64,000 nt of DNA from Deltaproteobacteria bacterium RBG_13_43_22 (GTDB taxonomy: Bacteria; Desulfobacterota; RBG-13-43-22). Under the pieces are notes generated by a model, which did no database searches, was not told the origin of the DNA, and saw nothing but the letters and a program-made list of their open reading frames with translations. The stretch covers positions 137,968 to 201,967 of the forward strand of contig MGQB01000001.1 of assembly GCA_001797675.1 (NCBI GenBank), given 5' to 3'. The translations under genes were made by a program, and so were the position numbers. Positions within the stretch are counted from its first letter, which is position 1; every line of letters begins with the position of its first letter. Below are positions 25,994 to 35,552 of this stretch, piece after piece.

Positions 25994-28783
25994 TTGCCCC
26001 CCTGCCTTCAGATAAAGCAGCAAAAGAGGCTTCAAACTGTGAAAAAAATTTTTAATTTTTGTCCCAAAATAAATCTTCCCCAAAAACCCTCTTTTTATCT
26101 TATCCTTATCATCTTTATTGGACTTGTCATAAGAGTCCCTTATCTCAGTAAATACCATTATGTGCTTAATATGGATGAAGCGGTATTTGGGATTATGGCA
26201 CAGGATATCATCAATGGTAAAGGAATCCCCCTTTTCTTTTACGGACAGGCCTATTTCGGTCCCCTCGAGGCCATTTTTGCGGTCCCCTTTTTCCTGATTT
26301 TCTCACCCAGCACTTTAATCCTGCGTATTTCGGTTTTGGTTTTGACCTTGCTGGCTCTGGTTTTATTCTGGCGAGGACTTCGGGTAATGGTCCGGGACAG
26401 CAATGGATTGACGCTTATGGGCTGGCTGACTGTTTCCCCTCTTGTTCTAAGTGTTCGATCAATCCACCCATCAGGTCACATGGGGGGTTTATTTTGTGGA
26501 AGCCTGGTTTTTTATCTTGCCGTCAGGGTGATCACTTCCCCAAGAAGGAATGGATTGAATTTCTTTTTATGGGGACTGGCTTCCGGATTCGGATTATGGA
26601 TGCATCCGGGAACACTGACCTATATCATTGCTGGCGGATGTATGATCCTGTTAAACGATTTCCGAATTTTCCGCAACTTTCCGTTATCTATTCTGGGATG
26701 TTTAGCCGGCGGATTTCCCTTCTGGATAAAAACCATCTCCTTACGTTATGCCACCTTCAATTTCGGGCAGACCAAACTGAACGGGTCGCTTTTACTCCCT
26801 TTTATTAAGGATATGAAACAATCCCTAACCAACATGAACACCTTACTTGGGTACGATATATTCCCTAAATTTATTTCCCTGACTATCTGGGGTTGTATCA
26901 TTTTTCTACTGCTGTTCAGTTTCTTCTTATTTTTAAGGCGTAGGAAGGGCAGGTTTTCCCGTGAGGAATTGGTTCTGGTTTTTGCTTGGCTGGTCATTAT
27001 ATTAACTCTCTTTGCCTATAGTTATATTCAAGCCCGCCGTTTTGGATACGTCAGCTATCGTTATTATATTCCGATGCTCATAGGGCTGGCTTTAATTTTT
27101 GATATTGTTTTAACCTGGGTCGGAAAGCGATCACCTAATTTGAGACTTCTGTTATTTCTATTTTTAATCATCATCAATATAGGGACAAATTTCCTGGGAT
27201 TTAAAAACCAGCTTTATTTTCGATACGAATTCCTCCTTGGAGAGTCCTACACTCGATGGAAAAGTCTTCCCCCTTTCTTGGAGCAAAAGGGGATCAAGGA
27301 AGCCTATATTAATTTTTTTGAAGAAGGGCCTCTTAACTTCATATCCCGAGGAAAAATGATCTTCAGCGATTTTTATGACAGCCGCTATCCCCTTCGATCC
27401 CAGGCAGTCGATGGCAGCCTTAATCCGGCCTTTATTTTCCAAGACCCCAAAGAAGCCGAGCTTTTCAAACAAGGTCTTGGGTCATTAGGAAACACCCGCT
27501 ATTCATTTTTTCAATCACCAGGTCATATATTTTTTTACAACATTAAGGCCCCTGAAGATGTATATACCCCTATCGACCGAGATAAAATTCTAATTTCAAC
27601 CCATCCCAACCATCAATGGTCTCGTTTTTTATTAGATGGAAACATGGCCACAAAGTGGTCAACCGATGGAGTACAAAAAGGCGATGAATTTATTTCCCTT
27701 GATTTACAGAAAGAAATTGAGCTGGCTCGAGTTGACTTGGTTCCCCCTTGGTTGGATACTTATCCCATTCATATCCGGATAGAGACCTCCTTGGATAATC
27801 GAAGATGGACGGTTGTGACCGATAGAGAGATATCGAATACCTTGTTTTGGGCTGGACCGCATCCGGGTTATAAAGTTTGGGAAGGTTTTTTTCAATTTAT
27901 CTTTCGCGGGCAGAGGGCCCGTTATGTTCGGATAAAGCAAACCGGGCACTCGCCAATGCCCTGGGAACTGGCTGAAATTTTCTTATATACTTCACGACCA
28001 GGGGAACAGGCTGTTTCCTCGATCGATTGGGAGTCCATCACGGCCTTTTTAAAAAAACAAGGGATTAAAAGTGTGGTTTCCGATCTGTTCTTTTCCCCCA
28101 ATATCATGAAATACTCGCAGGGAGAGGTCAGAGCCACTCCCCGGTATAATGGCGCTTATCCTGACCTTAGGGTAAGGCCGGGTTATTCCCCGGACCAGAT
28201 TGAGGCTCTAAGTATTCACCAAAGAGACCGGGCAGAAGTAATAGCTTTTTTAAATCGGAACCAATGGCAATATCAAGTTCAACCCTTTGGAGAATATACG
28301 CTGTTCCATCATTTAATAAATCCCTTGCCCTTTACCAGACAACTTGATATCAGGGAAGCAGCCCTAACCACCAGCCATAATCAAAAAGATACTCTATCCA
28401 TGATCGACAAGAACAGAAATTCGAGGTGGACAAGTCTGACTCCCCGGGAAACCGGAATGTTTATTCATTGTGATTTAAAAAAAATCCAAAAGATATCGGC
28501 CCTCATCCTTGATCCTGGTCCGCATATCCAGGATATCGCCAATGATCTCGATTTGTTCTACTCCCTTGATGGACTTCATTATCAAAAAATAGACCAGAAG
28601 GGACGTTTTCATCAACACTTCCGCTGGACCGGAAGCCATCTGATTGGCAGTGGGACTTCATCGGCTTACATTTTTTTGCCTATTGAGGCCCGATACTTGA
28701 AGATCGTTTGTAGGGAAAATAATAATAGCTACTACTGGTCGATCGGGGAATTGGAGATACTGGGACCACCGGAAGGTAGCTAA
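25994..28783 (+). CDS. ArnT/PMT (GT39)-like GT-C membrane glycosyltransferase with two F5/8 type C (discoidin) domains
   Basis: 929 aa from the TTG at 25994. The in-frame GTG at 26039 is an equally plausible start. Loop motif NMDEAVFGIMAQDIINGKGIPLFFYGQAY. Discoidin-type segments DGNMATKWSTDG...WELAEIFLY (about nt 27590-27990) and DKNRNSRWTSLTPRETGMFIHCDL...YYWSIGELEILG (about nt 28360-28765). Confidence 0.75.
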   Translation: MPPCLQIKQQKRLQTVKKIFNFCPKINLPQKPSFYLILIIFIGLVIRVPYLSKYHYVLNMDEAVFGIMAQDIINGKGIPLFFYGQAYFGPLEAIFAVPFFLIFSPSTLILRISVLVLTLLALVLFWRGLRVMVRDSNGLTLMGWLTVSPLVLSVRSIHPSGHMGGLFCGSLVFYLAVRVITSPRRNGLNFFLWGLASGFGLWMHPGTLTYIIAGGCMILLNDFRIFRNFPLSILGCLAGGFPFWIKTISLRYATFNFGQTKLNGSLLLPFIKDMKQSLTNMNTLLGYDIFPKFISLTIWGCIIFLLLFSFFLFLRRRKGRFSREELVLVFAWLVIILTLFAYSYIQARRFGYVSYRYYIPMLIGLALIFDIVLTWVGKRSPNLRLLLFLFLIIINIGTNFLGFKNQLYFRYEFLLGESYTRWKSLPPFLEQKGIKEAYINFFEEGPLNFISRGKMIFSDFYDSRYPLRSQAVDGSLNPAFIFQDPKEAELFKQGLGSLGNTRYSFFQSPGHIFFYNIKAPEDVYTPIDRDKILISTHPNHQWSRFLLDGNMATKWSTDGVQKGDEFISLDLQKEIELARVDLVPPWLDTYPIHIRIETSLDNRRWTVVTDREISNTLFWAGPHPGYKVWEGFFQFIFRGQRARYVRIKQTGHSPMPWELAEIFLYTSRPGEQAVSSIDWESITAFLKKQGIKSVVSDLFFSPNIMKYSQGEVRATPRYNGAYPDLRVRPGYSPDQIEALSIHQRDRAEVIAFLNRNQWQYQVQPFGEYTLFHHLINPLPFTRQLDIREAALTTSHNQKDTLSMIDKNRNSRWTSLTPRETGMFIHCDLKKIQKISALILDPGPHIQDIANDLDLFYSLDGLHYQKIDQKGRFHQHFRWTGSHLIGSGTSSAYIFLPIEARYLKIVCRENNNSYYWSIGELEILGPPEGS

Positions 28784-28878
28784 GCATCACCTTGTCTATA
28801 GGGCAAATGGATGGCTTGAATAAAAAGGACCGTTTTAAAGAATGGGCACTTATCCGAACACCGGATCAGGGAAATTGA

Positions 28879-30777
28879 ATGATCATCCCAGTTAACTCAA
28901 GAAAATTTTATTTGATTCTCGTTCTATCCGTCAACCTGTGTCTGTTGATCCCGCCCCTTCGATTCGCGGCTTCTTTACTGCTCATTTGTTTTTTGCCCGG
29001 TTATTTTCTTGTAACCAAGTTGACCCTCTGGAAGAATCCCCTGTTCGCCGCCATAGGCTCCATAGGATTGAGTTTCTTGCTATCTCCTTTGATCACCTTG
29101 CCGGGGAGCATTCTTTTTCACAGGGCAACGCCCTATGTTATCACCTTGTCCATCGATTTGTTTCTATTGGTTTTACTATACTCCCTGAGGGACAGAGAAC
29201 CGATCAGGTTCCCGGAGAAGAATCATAGCCTTTTCCTTGGCCCCCTTTTTCTCCTTATTTGTAGTCTGGTTTTTATTTATTCGGACATCACCAAGTTTGG
29301 TCCCTACTCGGAGGATTGGGCCTACCTTTTCGGGATTATCAAGGAACTTTCCAGAAACATGCCCCCCAGTAATCCGGAGGCCTCCTTCCTGCTGTTGAAA
29401 CAATCATGGGGGTTCTGGTTCCTTTTTGCCCTGGTTCATAGCCTTGGAGGGGTTTCGGTCTGGAAAGTTTTGGAGTTTATGCCGGTCCTTTTAAGTTTTG
29501 TTTATTTGGGACTAGTTTATATGATTCTTTTTCAGGCCACCAAAAACAGTTCGATGGGATTATGGGCTATAGCGTTATTAGCCCTTGGAAAACAATCCGA
29601 TTGGGTCCTGAGAGGATTTCAAGGTCTGGGATGGCATCCGGGTTATTTTTTTAATCTTCATTGGGAGGAAGCCCAGGCCCTGACCGGCTACTCCTTACTT
29701 TGGGGTTGGTATATCCTGCCGAGCATCATACCCCCTCTCACGTCCCTCTTTTTTTTAATTCGCTATCAGCAGGAACGGAGGAAAAAAGATCTTTGGTTCT
29801 CTCTTGGCGCCTGTTCGATCAGTCCTTTTTTTCATCCTGTTTTTTATTTTAGTTTTTTAGCCGGTTTTTCCCTTATGGTGCTTTTCCAGTGGATGAGAAA
29901 AAAATATGGCTCCTGGCTGTTATTATATGCCCTAACCTTTTTGCCTTACTTTTTGACTTTTTATTTATACGTTAAACCGGGAACTCCCGACATTCCCATT
30001 TATCAATGGTATACCGACTCAGCCAGCATTCTGATAGCTATAAGGGAATATGTTAAGGTCAACGGGGTCGTTCTTCCTTTTGCCTTGCTGGCCTTTTGTT
30101 TTTCCCCCGAAGCCCGGACCTGATTTTTGCCCTTTTCCTTCCTCTTTGCCTTTCTAAACCTTTTCGGACAAGGAGTCGTTAATCATACGGCTCATTTTTT
30201 GTATCAAAACAGCCTCTATATAACTTTACCGAGCGCTATTGGATTGGGAATGTTGAAAAAAATACCCCGATGGTCCCGAATACTGTTTATTCTGCTGGTT
30301 TTCTCGATCATTATTCCCCCCTTTTATTTTCAAGTCCTGCATCGCCTGGAGACTGGCTGGGAAGGGGCTGTTGATGTCGAACAAAATGCAGCCGGCGAAT
30401 ATATTCGCTCCTATACTGATGGAAACAGCACCTTTGTCATTCTCCCCGACTCAAGATATTCTCTGGTTTGTGTTGAAGGGATCGGAGAACGAAAAGTCAT
30501 TTCGGGTCATTTCAATCATCTAAACAAGTATGAAACCATGAATTTTATCCGAAACCTTAATGAGGAAATTAAACATTTTTATTCATCTTCAGATCTCCAG
30601 GAAAAACATATTTTTCTTCAAAAATATCAAGCCTATTACATTTTCCTGGGTCCGGAAGAAATTACTTTTATGAAAGAACAGAAAACAGACATTGAAAGGC
30701 TTAAAAAAGTTGATCAACTTGTTTATCGAAGCAAAAATGTAGAGATATTAAAAGTCAAATTGGGTGATCAATCATGA
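28879..30777 (+). pseudogene. Polytopic membrane protein (about 630 aa) interrupted by a single in-frame TGA at 30121-30123
   Basis: ORFs 28879-30123 and 30127-30777 share one frame and are separated only by TGA plus one codon. The downstream piece starts at a TTG with no RBS and begins inside hydrophobic helices (PFSFLFAFLNLF, ILFILLVFSIIIPPFYF). It therefore reads as the continuation of one protein. Confidence 0.55.
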
Positions 30778-31469
30778 ACATTCAGCTGCTCGGGAAAAAG
30801 AAAACACCGATTATCCTGGGCATAACCATCCCCTTTATCTTCTGGTCGCTTTCTGAAATACTCCCCTGGATGGCTTCCGGGATAAATCGTATAGGCTATC
30901 GATATACCCAAAATAGTTCCAATAATTTCTCGGGCAGGTTAACCATAATCGGCAAGAATTCTACAGAACGAAAATATATAAATGATCTGAAATTTCCTTT
31001 ATCGGGAAAATCTGACCCCCGCATAGTATACGATCATTTTCAACTGCAGTTGACGGGTCTGATTGAGGTTGAGAATCCTGATATTTACTGGATCGGAACC
31101 GAATCGGACGACGGGTCCTGGATTTGGATTGATGGAAAAAAGATTCTGGATAATAGGGGCCTTCATTCGCGCCAGGAAAAAATTGATTTTGTTTATTTAC
31201 AAGAAAGGAGCCATTTCATTGAATTGAAATTTTAAAATCTTATGGGAGAAGCATACTTTGATGTATTTTGGGTCCTTCCAGACGGCACCCATAAACCTCT
31301 GTCATTTTTCTCTTTCCCCTATAGCAGGACCGTTCATTATCTCTTGGGGGCAGCCAATATTTTTTTTAAAATCACCCAATATTGGTTTTTTTTCTTTATC
31401 CCTTTTCTGTTATATAAGCTATTGTTCCCTAACAAATCCAATATTGAAAATAATAGTAAGACTCGCTAA
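30774..31469 (+). pseudogene. Membrane-anchored PA14-domain protein interrupted by an in-frame TAA at 31233-31235
   Basis: ORFs 30774-31235 and 31242-31469 share one frame. The PA14-like sequence spans the stop: TESDDGSWIWIDGKKILDNRGLHSRQEKIDFVYLQERSHFIELKF-stop-NLMGEAYFDVFWVLPDGTHKPL. The start overlaps the upstream stop (ATGA). Confidence 0.6.
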
Positions 31470-31489
31470 ATGTTAACTTTGAGCTTTCA

Positions 31490-32662
31490 ATGCGCATAAT
31501 TAAATCCCACTATTTAAATGATGGTAAGTCATTCAACGACGGCCGTCCGGTAGATCTTATCCGTATTGAAGAAGAAAAGGACTTTGATACCTTACTGACC
31601 AATATTATCAGCTCCAACTATTATGACGGATCCTATTTCAACCATCATATTGATTATCAGGAAGGAAGGATAAAGTTTGACGCCTTCTATCTTGTTTCGA
31701 TCCTAAAATCCTTCAAACCGAAATCCGTTTTGGAGTTGGGCTGCGGTCGGGGAGACGTCCTGTTTTTAGAAGGCCTTGTCCCCAAGATCAAAGTTCGGGG
31801 GATCGAGATCAGCCGGGATGTCATCAAAACAATATGGCCTCCCCTGGAAGGAAAGGTGGATTGCGGGGATATCATCGAAGTCTGCAAAGAATATGATTCT
31901 CAAAAAATCACCTTTGACACCTTTTGCGCTTTTGATTTATGGGAACACCTCCTTCCCAGGAAACTTCACGACTATATCGATTCCCTTGTCGCCCTGGCGG
32001 AAAAAGACGCCTTGTTCTTCTTTTCTTTTCCGGCCTTTGGAGAAGATAAGGTCTTTGGGGAGATATTTCCGCTGGAATTTGAAGAAAACCGGGAAAAATT
32101 TAACGCCAGATCTCCCTTTGACTTTCTAATTGTTGAATCCATGAAACCGCTCATACCGGTTAAGGGCCATCTGATTTGGGCCCATACCGAATGGTGGCAA
32201 GAACAATTTAAACATCATGGACTGGTCAGGAGTGAAAGCCTGGAAAAAAATATCCATCGATATTTCGACGAGCACCTTTATTATGCCAGAAAGAGTTTTT
32301 ATATTTTTCATCTGGATACACCCCAAGCCCGGCGCCGAATTAACCGACTTTTGAGAAACAGTCCGACTTTATTTAATAAATGGAAAATCCTGGTACAGCA
32401 ACAGGAGATCATACGGCGATTCGAAGAGAGTAAAAGACGGTCGGTTATCAACTTTGAAGAGCTCAAGTCGACCATCAACCATGCTGAAGTTTTTATGATT
32501 GCCGACGTAAAGAAACAGATCGAACGATGGACCTGGAAATCCCTGGAGCAAAACAAAATTGGCCGCTTAATTCGATTTTTATTGTCCCGCATTGAGAGAC
32601 TGGCCGATGAATACTTTGATAATTATATTAAAAAATTCAAGAAACGGCATTATTGGTTATAA
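31490..32662 (+). CDS. Class I SAM-dependent methyltransferase
   Basis: 390 aa. Motif I SVLELGCGRGDVLFL. Acidic residue after beta-2 (RGIEIS). Helical basic C-terminal tail. Confidence 0.7.
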   Translation: MRIIKSHYLNDGKSFNDGRPVDLIRIEEEKDFDTLLTNIISSNYYDGSYFNHHIDYQEGRIKFDAFYLVSILKSFKPKSVLELGCGRGDVLFLEGLVPKIKVRGIEISRDVIKTIWPPLEGKVDCGDIIEVCKEYDSQKITFDTFCAFDLWEHLLPRKLHDYIDSLVALAEKDALFFFSFPAFGEDKVFGEIFPLEFEENREKFNARSPFDFLIVESMKPLIPVKGHLIWAHTEWWQEQFKHHGLVRSESLEKNIHRYFDEHLYYARKSFYIFHLDTPQARRRINRLLRNSPTLFNKWKILVQQQEIIRRFEESKRRSVINFEELKSTINHAEVFMIADVKKQIERWTWKSLEQNKIGRLIRFLLSRIERLADEYFDNYIKKFKKRHYWL

Positions 32663-32812
32663 AGGATAGCCGATGGGACTTTTCGGGTAATGATTCCGGA
32701 TTGTAGCTTTGATTTGATTTTTTTATGGTTTGGGCTTATTATCCGGTCCCAATATCTTGGAATTTCTGCATCGTTAGACTTTTATGAACCGCCGATAGGG
32801 AGATAATCTGCT

Positions 32813-33958
32813 TTGAATGTATTTCACAATATTGGCCCAAAAAAAATTATTCGGGAAGGACTGATTATTCTTCCTTTAGTTGCCCTGGGATTCCTGTCAA
32901 TTCTTTTCTTATATTCCTTAAAGTTTAATAAGAATATTACCGGCTTTATGGTCATAGGGGATTATTTTAAGGCCCCTCAAATTTGGACAGCCGAAACCCT
33001 CATTCAGAAAGACAGTGTCGGGTATGACGGCCAATACTACTATTATATCGCTCATGATCCATTCATCCTGGGACAATCCTATGACCATATAGATTTCCCG
33101 GCCTATCGTTATCAACGCATTATTTATCCCCTGTCCGCCTGGCTGCTGTCCTTTGGTCAACCGACCTTGATTCCCTGGATGATGATGGCAGTGAATCTCA
33201 TCGCAATCTTATTGGGGACCTGGTTTCTTATTATGATACTCCAACATTTTGGCCGTAGCCCATGGTACAGTCTGTTCTATGCCGGCCTCTGGGGATTTTT
33301 ACTTTGCCTTTTGCGCAGCCTGCCGGAACCGTTGGCTATCACTTTTATGGTCATGGCCGTCTTTTTTTATCTTAAAGGAAAAACCTTCCAGCAGACCCTT
33401 TTCCTTACCTTGGCCGGTCTCACCCAAGAGACCACCTTACTGGTTAGTCTGGCTTTCCTTTTTTACTTTTTCGGAAAAAAGGATTTTCGAAAATCCCTTT
33501 ATATGCTCTTACCTCCCGTGGCTTATTTCGTTTGGCAACTCTATCTTTATGCTCATTTTCAGACCTTTTCTTTTCTGGGGGGAACCCAAAATTTCGGACC
33601 CCCTTTCATGGGAATCACGGAAAAATTTTATTCTCTGAGCCAAGGGAGCCTCTCCTATGAAATAATTTCCGAACTCTTATTTTTATTTTTGATCTCCGTC
33701 CTTATCATCGCGGCCCTTTTTGACATCTTTAAATATTACAGTCCCCTTACCCTGTCCTTCCTGGGATATGCCCTGATGACCGCCTTATTGAATCATTTGA
33801 TCTGGGTCGAACCCTGGTCCTATGCCCGAGTCACATTAGGTTTATTGGTTTTTAATCTTTTGATCTTTACAAAATATGGAAGAAAGCTTAATCTGTTTCC
33901 TATGTTCCTGATTCCTGTTATCTTTTTGCTGTCCTTATTGTCGATGAAGCTGTTGTAG
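32813..33958 (+). CDS. Polytopic membrane protein (about 10 helices), possible small GT-C/PIG-V-like protein
   Basis: 381 aa from a TTG start; the true start is uncertain. The first extracytoplasmic loop contains SVGYDGQYYYYIAHDPF, which is reminiscent of the D-x-x-W/Y-Y..IA motif of PIG-V/GT-C-type mannosyltransferases (from memory). Confidence 0.45.
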   Translation: MNVFHNIGPKKIIREGLIILPLVALGFLSILFLYSLKFNKNITGFMVIGDYFKAPQIWTAETLIQKDSVGYDGQYYYYIAHDPFILGQSYDHIDFPAYRYQRIIYPLSAWLLSFGQPTLIPWMMMAVNLIAILLGTWFLIMILQHFGRSPWYSLFYAGLWGFLLCLLRSLPEPLAITFMVMAVFFYLKGKTFQQTLFLTLAGLTQETTLLVSLAFLFYFFGKKDFRKSLYMLLPPVAYFVWQLYLYAHFQTFSFLGGTQNFGPPFMGITEKFYSLSQGSLSYEIISELLFLFLISVLIIAALFDIFKYYSPLTLSFLGYALMTALLNHLIWVEPWSYARVTLGLLVFNLLIFTKYGRKLNLFPMFLIPVIFLLSLLSMKLL

Positions 33959-33968
33959 CTAAAAATCA

Positions 33969-33992
33969 AGATTCAAAGGATCAAGGATTCGA
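33969..33992 (-). repeat. Tandem degenerate octamers, consensus TTGAATCC (3 units, minus orientation)
   Basis: The reverse complement reads TCGAATCC TTGATCCT TTGAATCT. It shares the 13-mer CTCGAATCCTTGA with 51361-51373. Confidence 0.7.
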
Positions 33993-34083
33993 GACCTTTT
34001 TGGGGCGGGATTGTAACCCGGTCCTGCAAAATCCAAACATCATGTTCTAAATAACAAGCCGCGAAAAATAGTTAATTTCAAGT

Positions 34084-35532
34084 ATGGTTAAAATTATTTT
34101 TAGACATTTAATGATCTTTCTCTCATGTCTCTATCTAATAACTGCCGGGTGTTCCTCCTCCCAAGACGCCAATTTCTCCGAACCTCGATGGGCAAAAAAA
34201 TACCTAATCGGTACCTACTATTACCTCTGGTATCCGGGGAACTGGCGGGAAGGATATATCAACGGCCGATTGCTTCCCCAGCAATTACCGGCCCTGGGAC
34301 AGTATGATTCCTCGGATCTGAAAACCATTGAACAGCATATCGCCTGGTCCTCTCAATACGGGATTGATTTCTGGGCTATCAGTTGGTGGCCGGACCATCC
34401 CGAATTGGACAAGATAATTCGAGAAAAAATCCTTAAGGCAAAAAATATTAATGATATTAAATTCTGTATCTTTTACGAATCGGCCGGCCTTGGACTGAAA
34501 GAGGATCGAATTGTTTTTACCTCTGATAAGAGTGAAAAATTGCTCTCTGACTTCAAGTTTTTAGCAAAAAACTATTTCTCCCACCCCTCTTATTTGAAAA
34601 TCAATGAGCGTCCGGTGGTTATCATCTATTTAACGCGGACCTTTATTGGAGATTACCCGGAGGCTATCAGTAAACTAAGAAAAAGCCTCCAAGAGATGGG
34701 GTTCAATCCTTTTCTTATCGGAGATGAAATCTTCTGGTATGTCATGCGCCCAAATCCTCTCCCTCCTTCCCCCCATCCAGAAATGAATCGGATCAAATTG
34801 TTTGATGGAATTACCGCTTACAATATGTATAATTGGGCAAAGCCAAAACAAATGGGTTATGGGAATCAGAGTACCTTTCTTTCTGAAGTTCAGGGGCGTT
34901 ACCGGGAGTACCAATTGGCAATCGATAAAAAAATCAAGCTTATTCCTTCCACCATCCCGGGTTATAACGACCGAGGGGTTCGTCTTTCAGATAATCATCC
35001 GGTAATTCCTCGTCGATTCGACCCTGGCGGGGAAGAGGGGTCTTTTTTCGTTCAAGCCCTTAAACAAACGGTTTTACCTTTTTTGGATCGAGAGATGCCT
35101 ATGACCTTGATCACCTCTTTTAATGAATGGAACGAAGGGACCCAGATTGAACCGACTCGCGAAACGAACGTCACCAGCCAGGATCACAGTCCCACCAAAA
35201 CCGATTATACTCAAGGATATGCTTACCAGGGCTATGGGGAAAAGTATCTTTCCATCCTCCAAAATACGTTCATGGCGGTTAGTGGGCAGGTGATGGATGA
35301 ACAAGGGGGAATTCCCCTGACAAAGGTTGATCTGAGGGTCTTTCAAGGAGAGACCCTGCTCGCAACTGCCTTGAGCGACAGCCGGGGATTTTACAACCTC
35401 TCCCGCCTGAATCTCCCACCCGGTCACTATGAAGTCAGGGCAAATACCCCCGGGTACCAAGAAATTAGGACCGGAATTCGAGTGGACGCAAACAAGAAAG
35501 CCCCTCTTATCCTTGAAATGAAGAAAAAGTAA
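34084..35532 (+). CDS. GH99-like glycoside hydrolase lipoprotein (endo-alpha-mannosidase family-like) with C-terminal CarboxypepD_reg-like beta-sandwich
   Basis: 482 aa. Lipobox LITAGC. Segments GTYYYLWYPGNW, LGQYDSSDLKTIEQHIAWSSQYGIDFWAISWW, IPSTIPGYNDRGVR and LITSFNEWNEGTQIEPT line up with the MANEA/GH99 sequences I remember. C-terminal module VSGQVMDEQGGIPLTKVDLRVF...GHYEVRANTPGYQ. Confidence 0.75.
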   Translation: MVKIIFRHLMIFLSCLYLITAGCSSSQDANFSEPRWAKKYLIGTYYYLWYPGNWREGYINGRLLPQQLPALGQYDSSDLKTIEQHIAWSSQYGIDFWAISWWPDHPELDKIIREKILKAKNINDIKFCIFYESAGLGLKEDRIVFTSDKSEKLLSDFKFLAKNYFSHPSYLKINERPVVIIYLTRTFIGDYPEAISKLRKSLQEMGFNPFLIGDEIFWYVMRPNPLPPSPHPEMNRIKLFDGITAYNMYNWAKPKQMGYGNQSTFLSEVQGRYREYQLAIDKKIKLIPSTIPGYNDRGVRLSDNHPVIPRRFDPGGEEGSFFVQALKQTVLPFLDREMPMTLITSFNEWNEGTQIEPTRETNVTSQDHSPTKTDYTQGYAYQGYGEKYLSILQNTFMAVSGQVMDEQGGIPLTKVDLRVFQGETLLATALSDSRGFYNLSRLNLPPGHYEVRANTPGYQEIRTGIRVDANKKAPLILEMKKK

Positions 35533-35552
35533 ACCGACAAGGGCTAATAAAA

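Noticed and set aside
30121-30123. TGA as selenocysteine or as a reassigned sense codon
   Set aside because: Other genes in the window terminate with TGA. No SECIS-like hairpin follows the TGA. The other in-frame stops in the window are TAA and TAG, so a single recoding rule cannot explain them.
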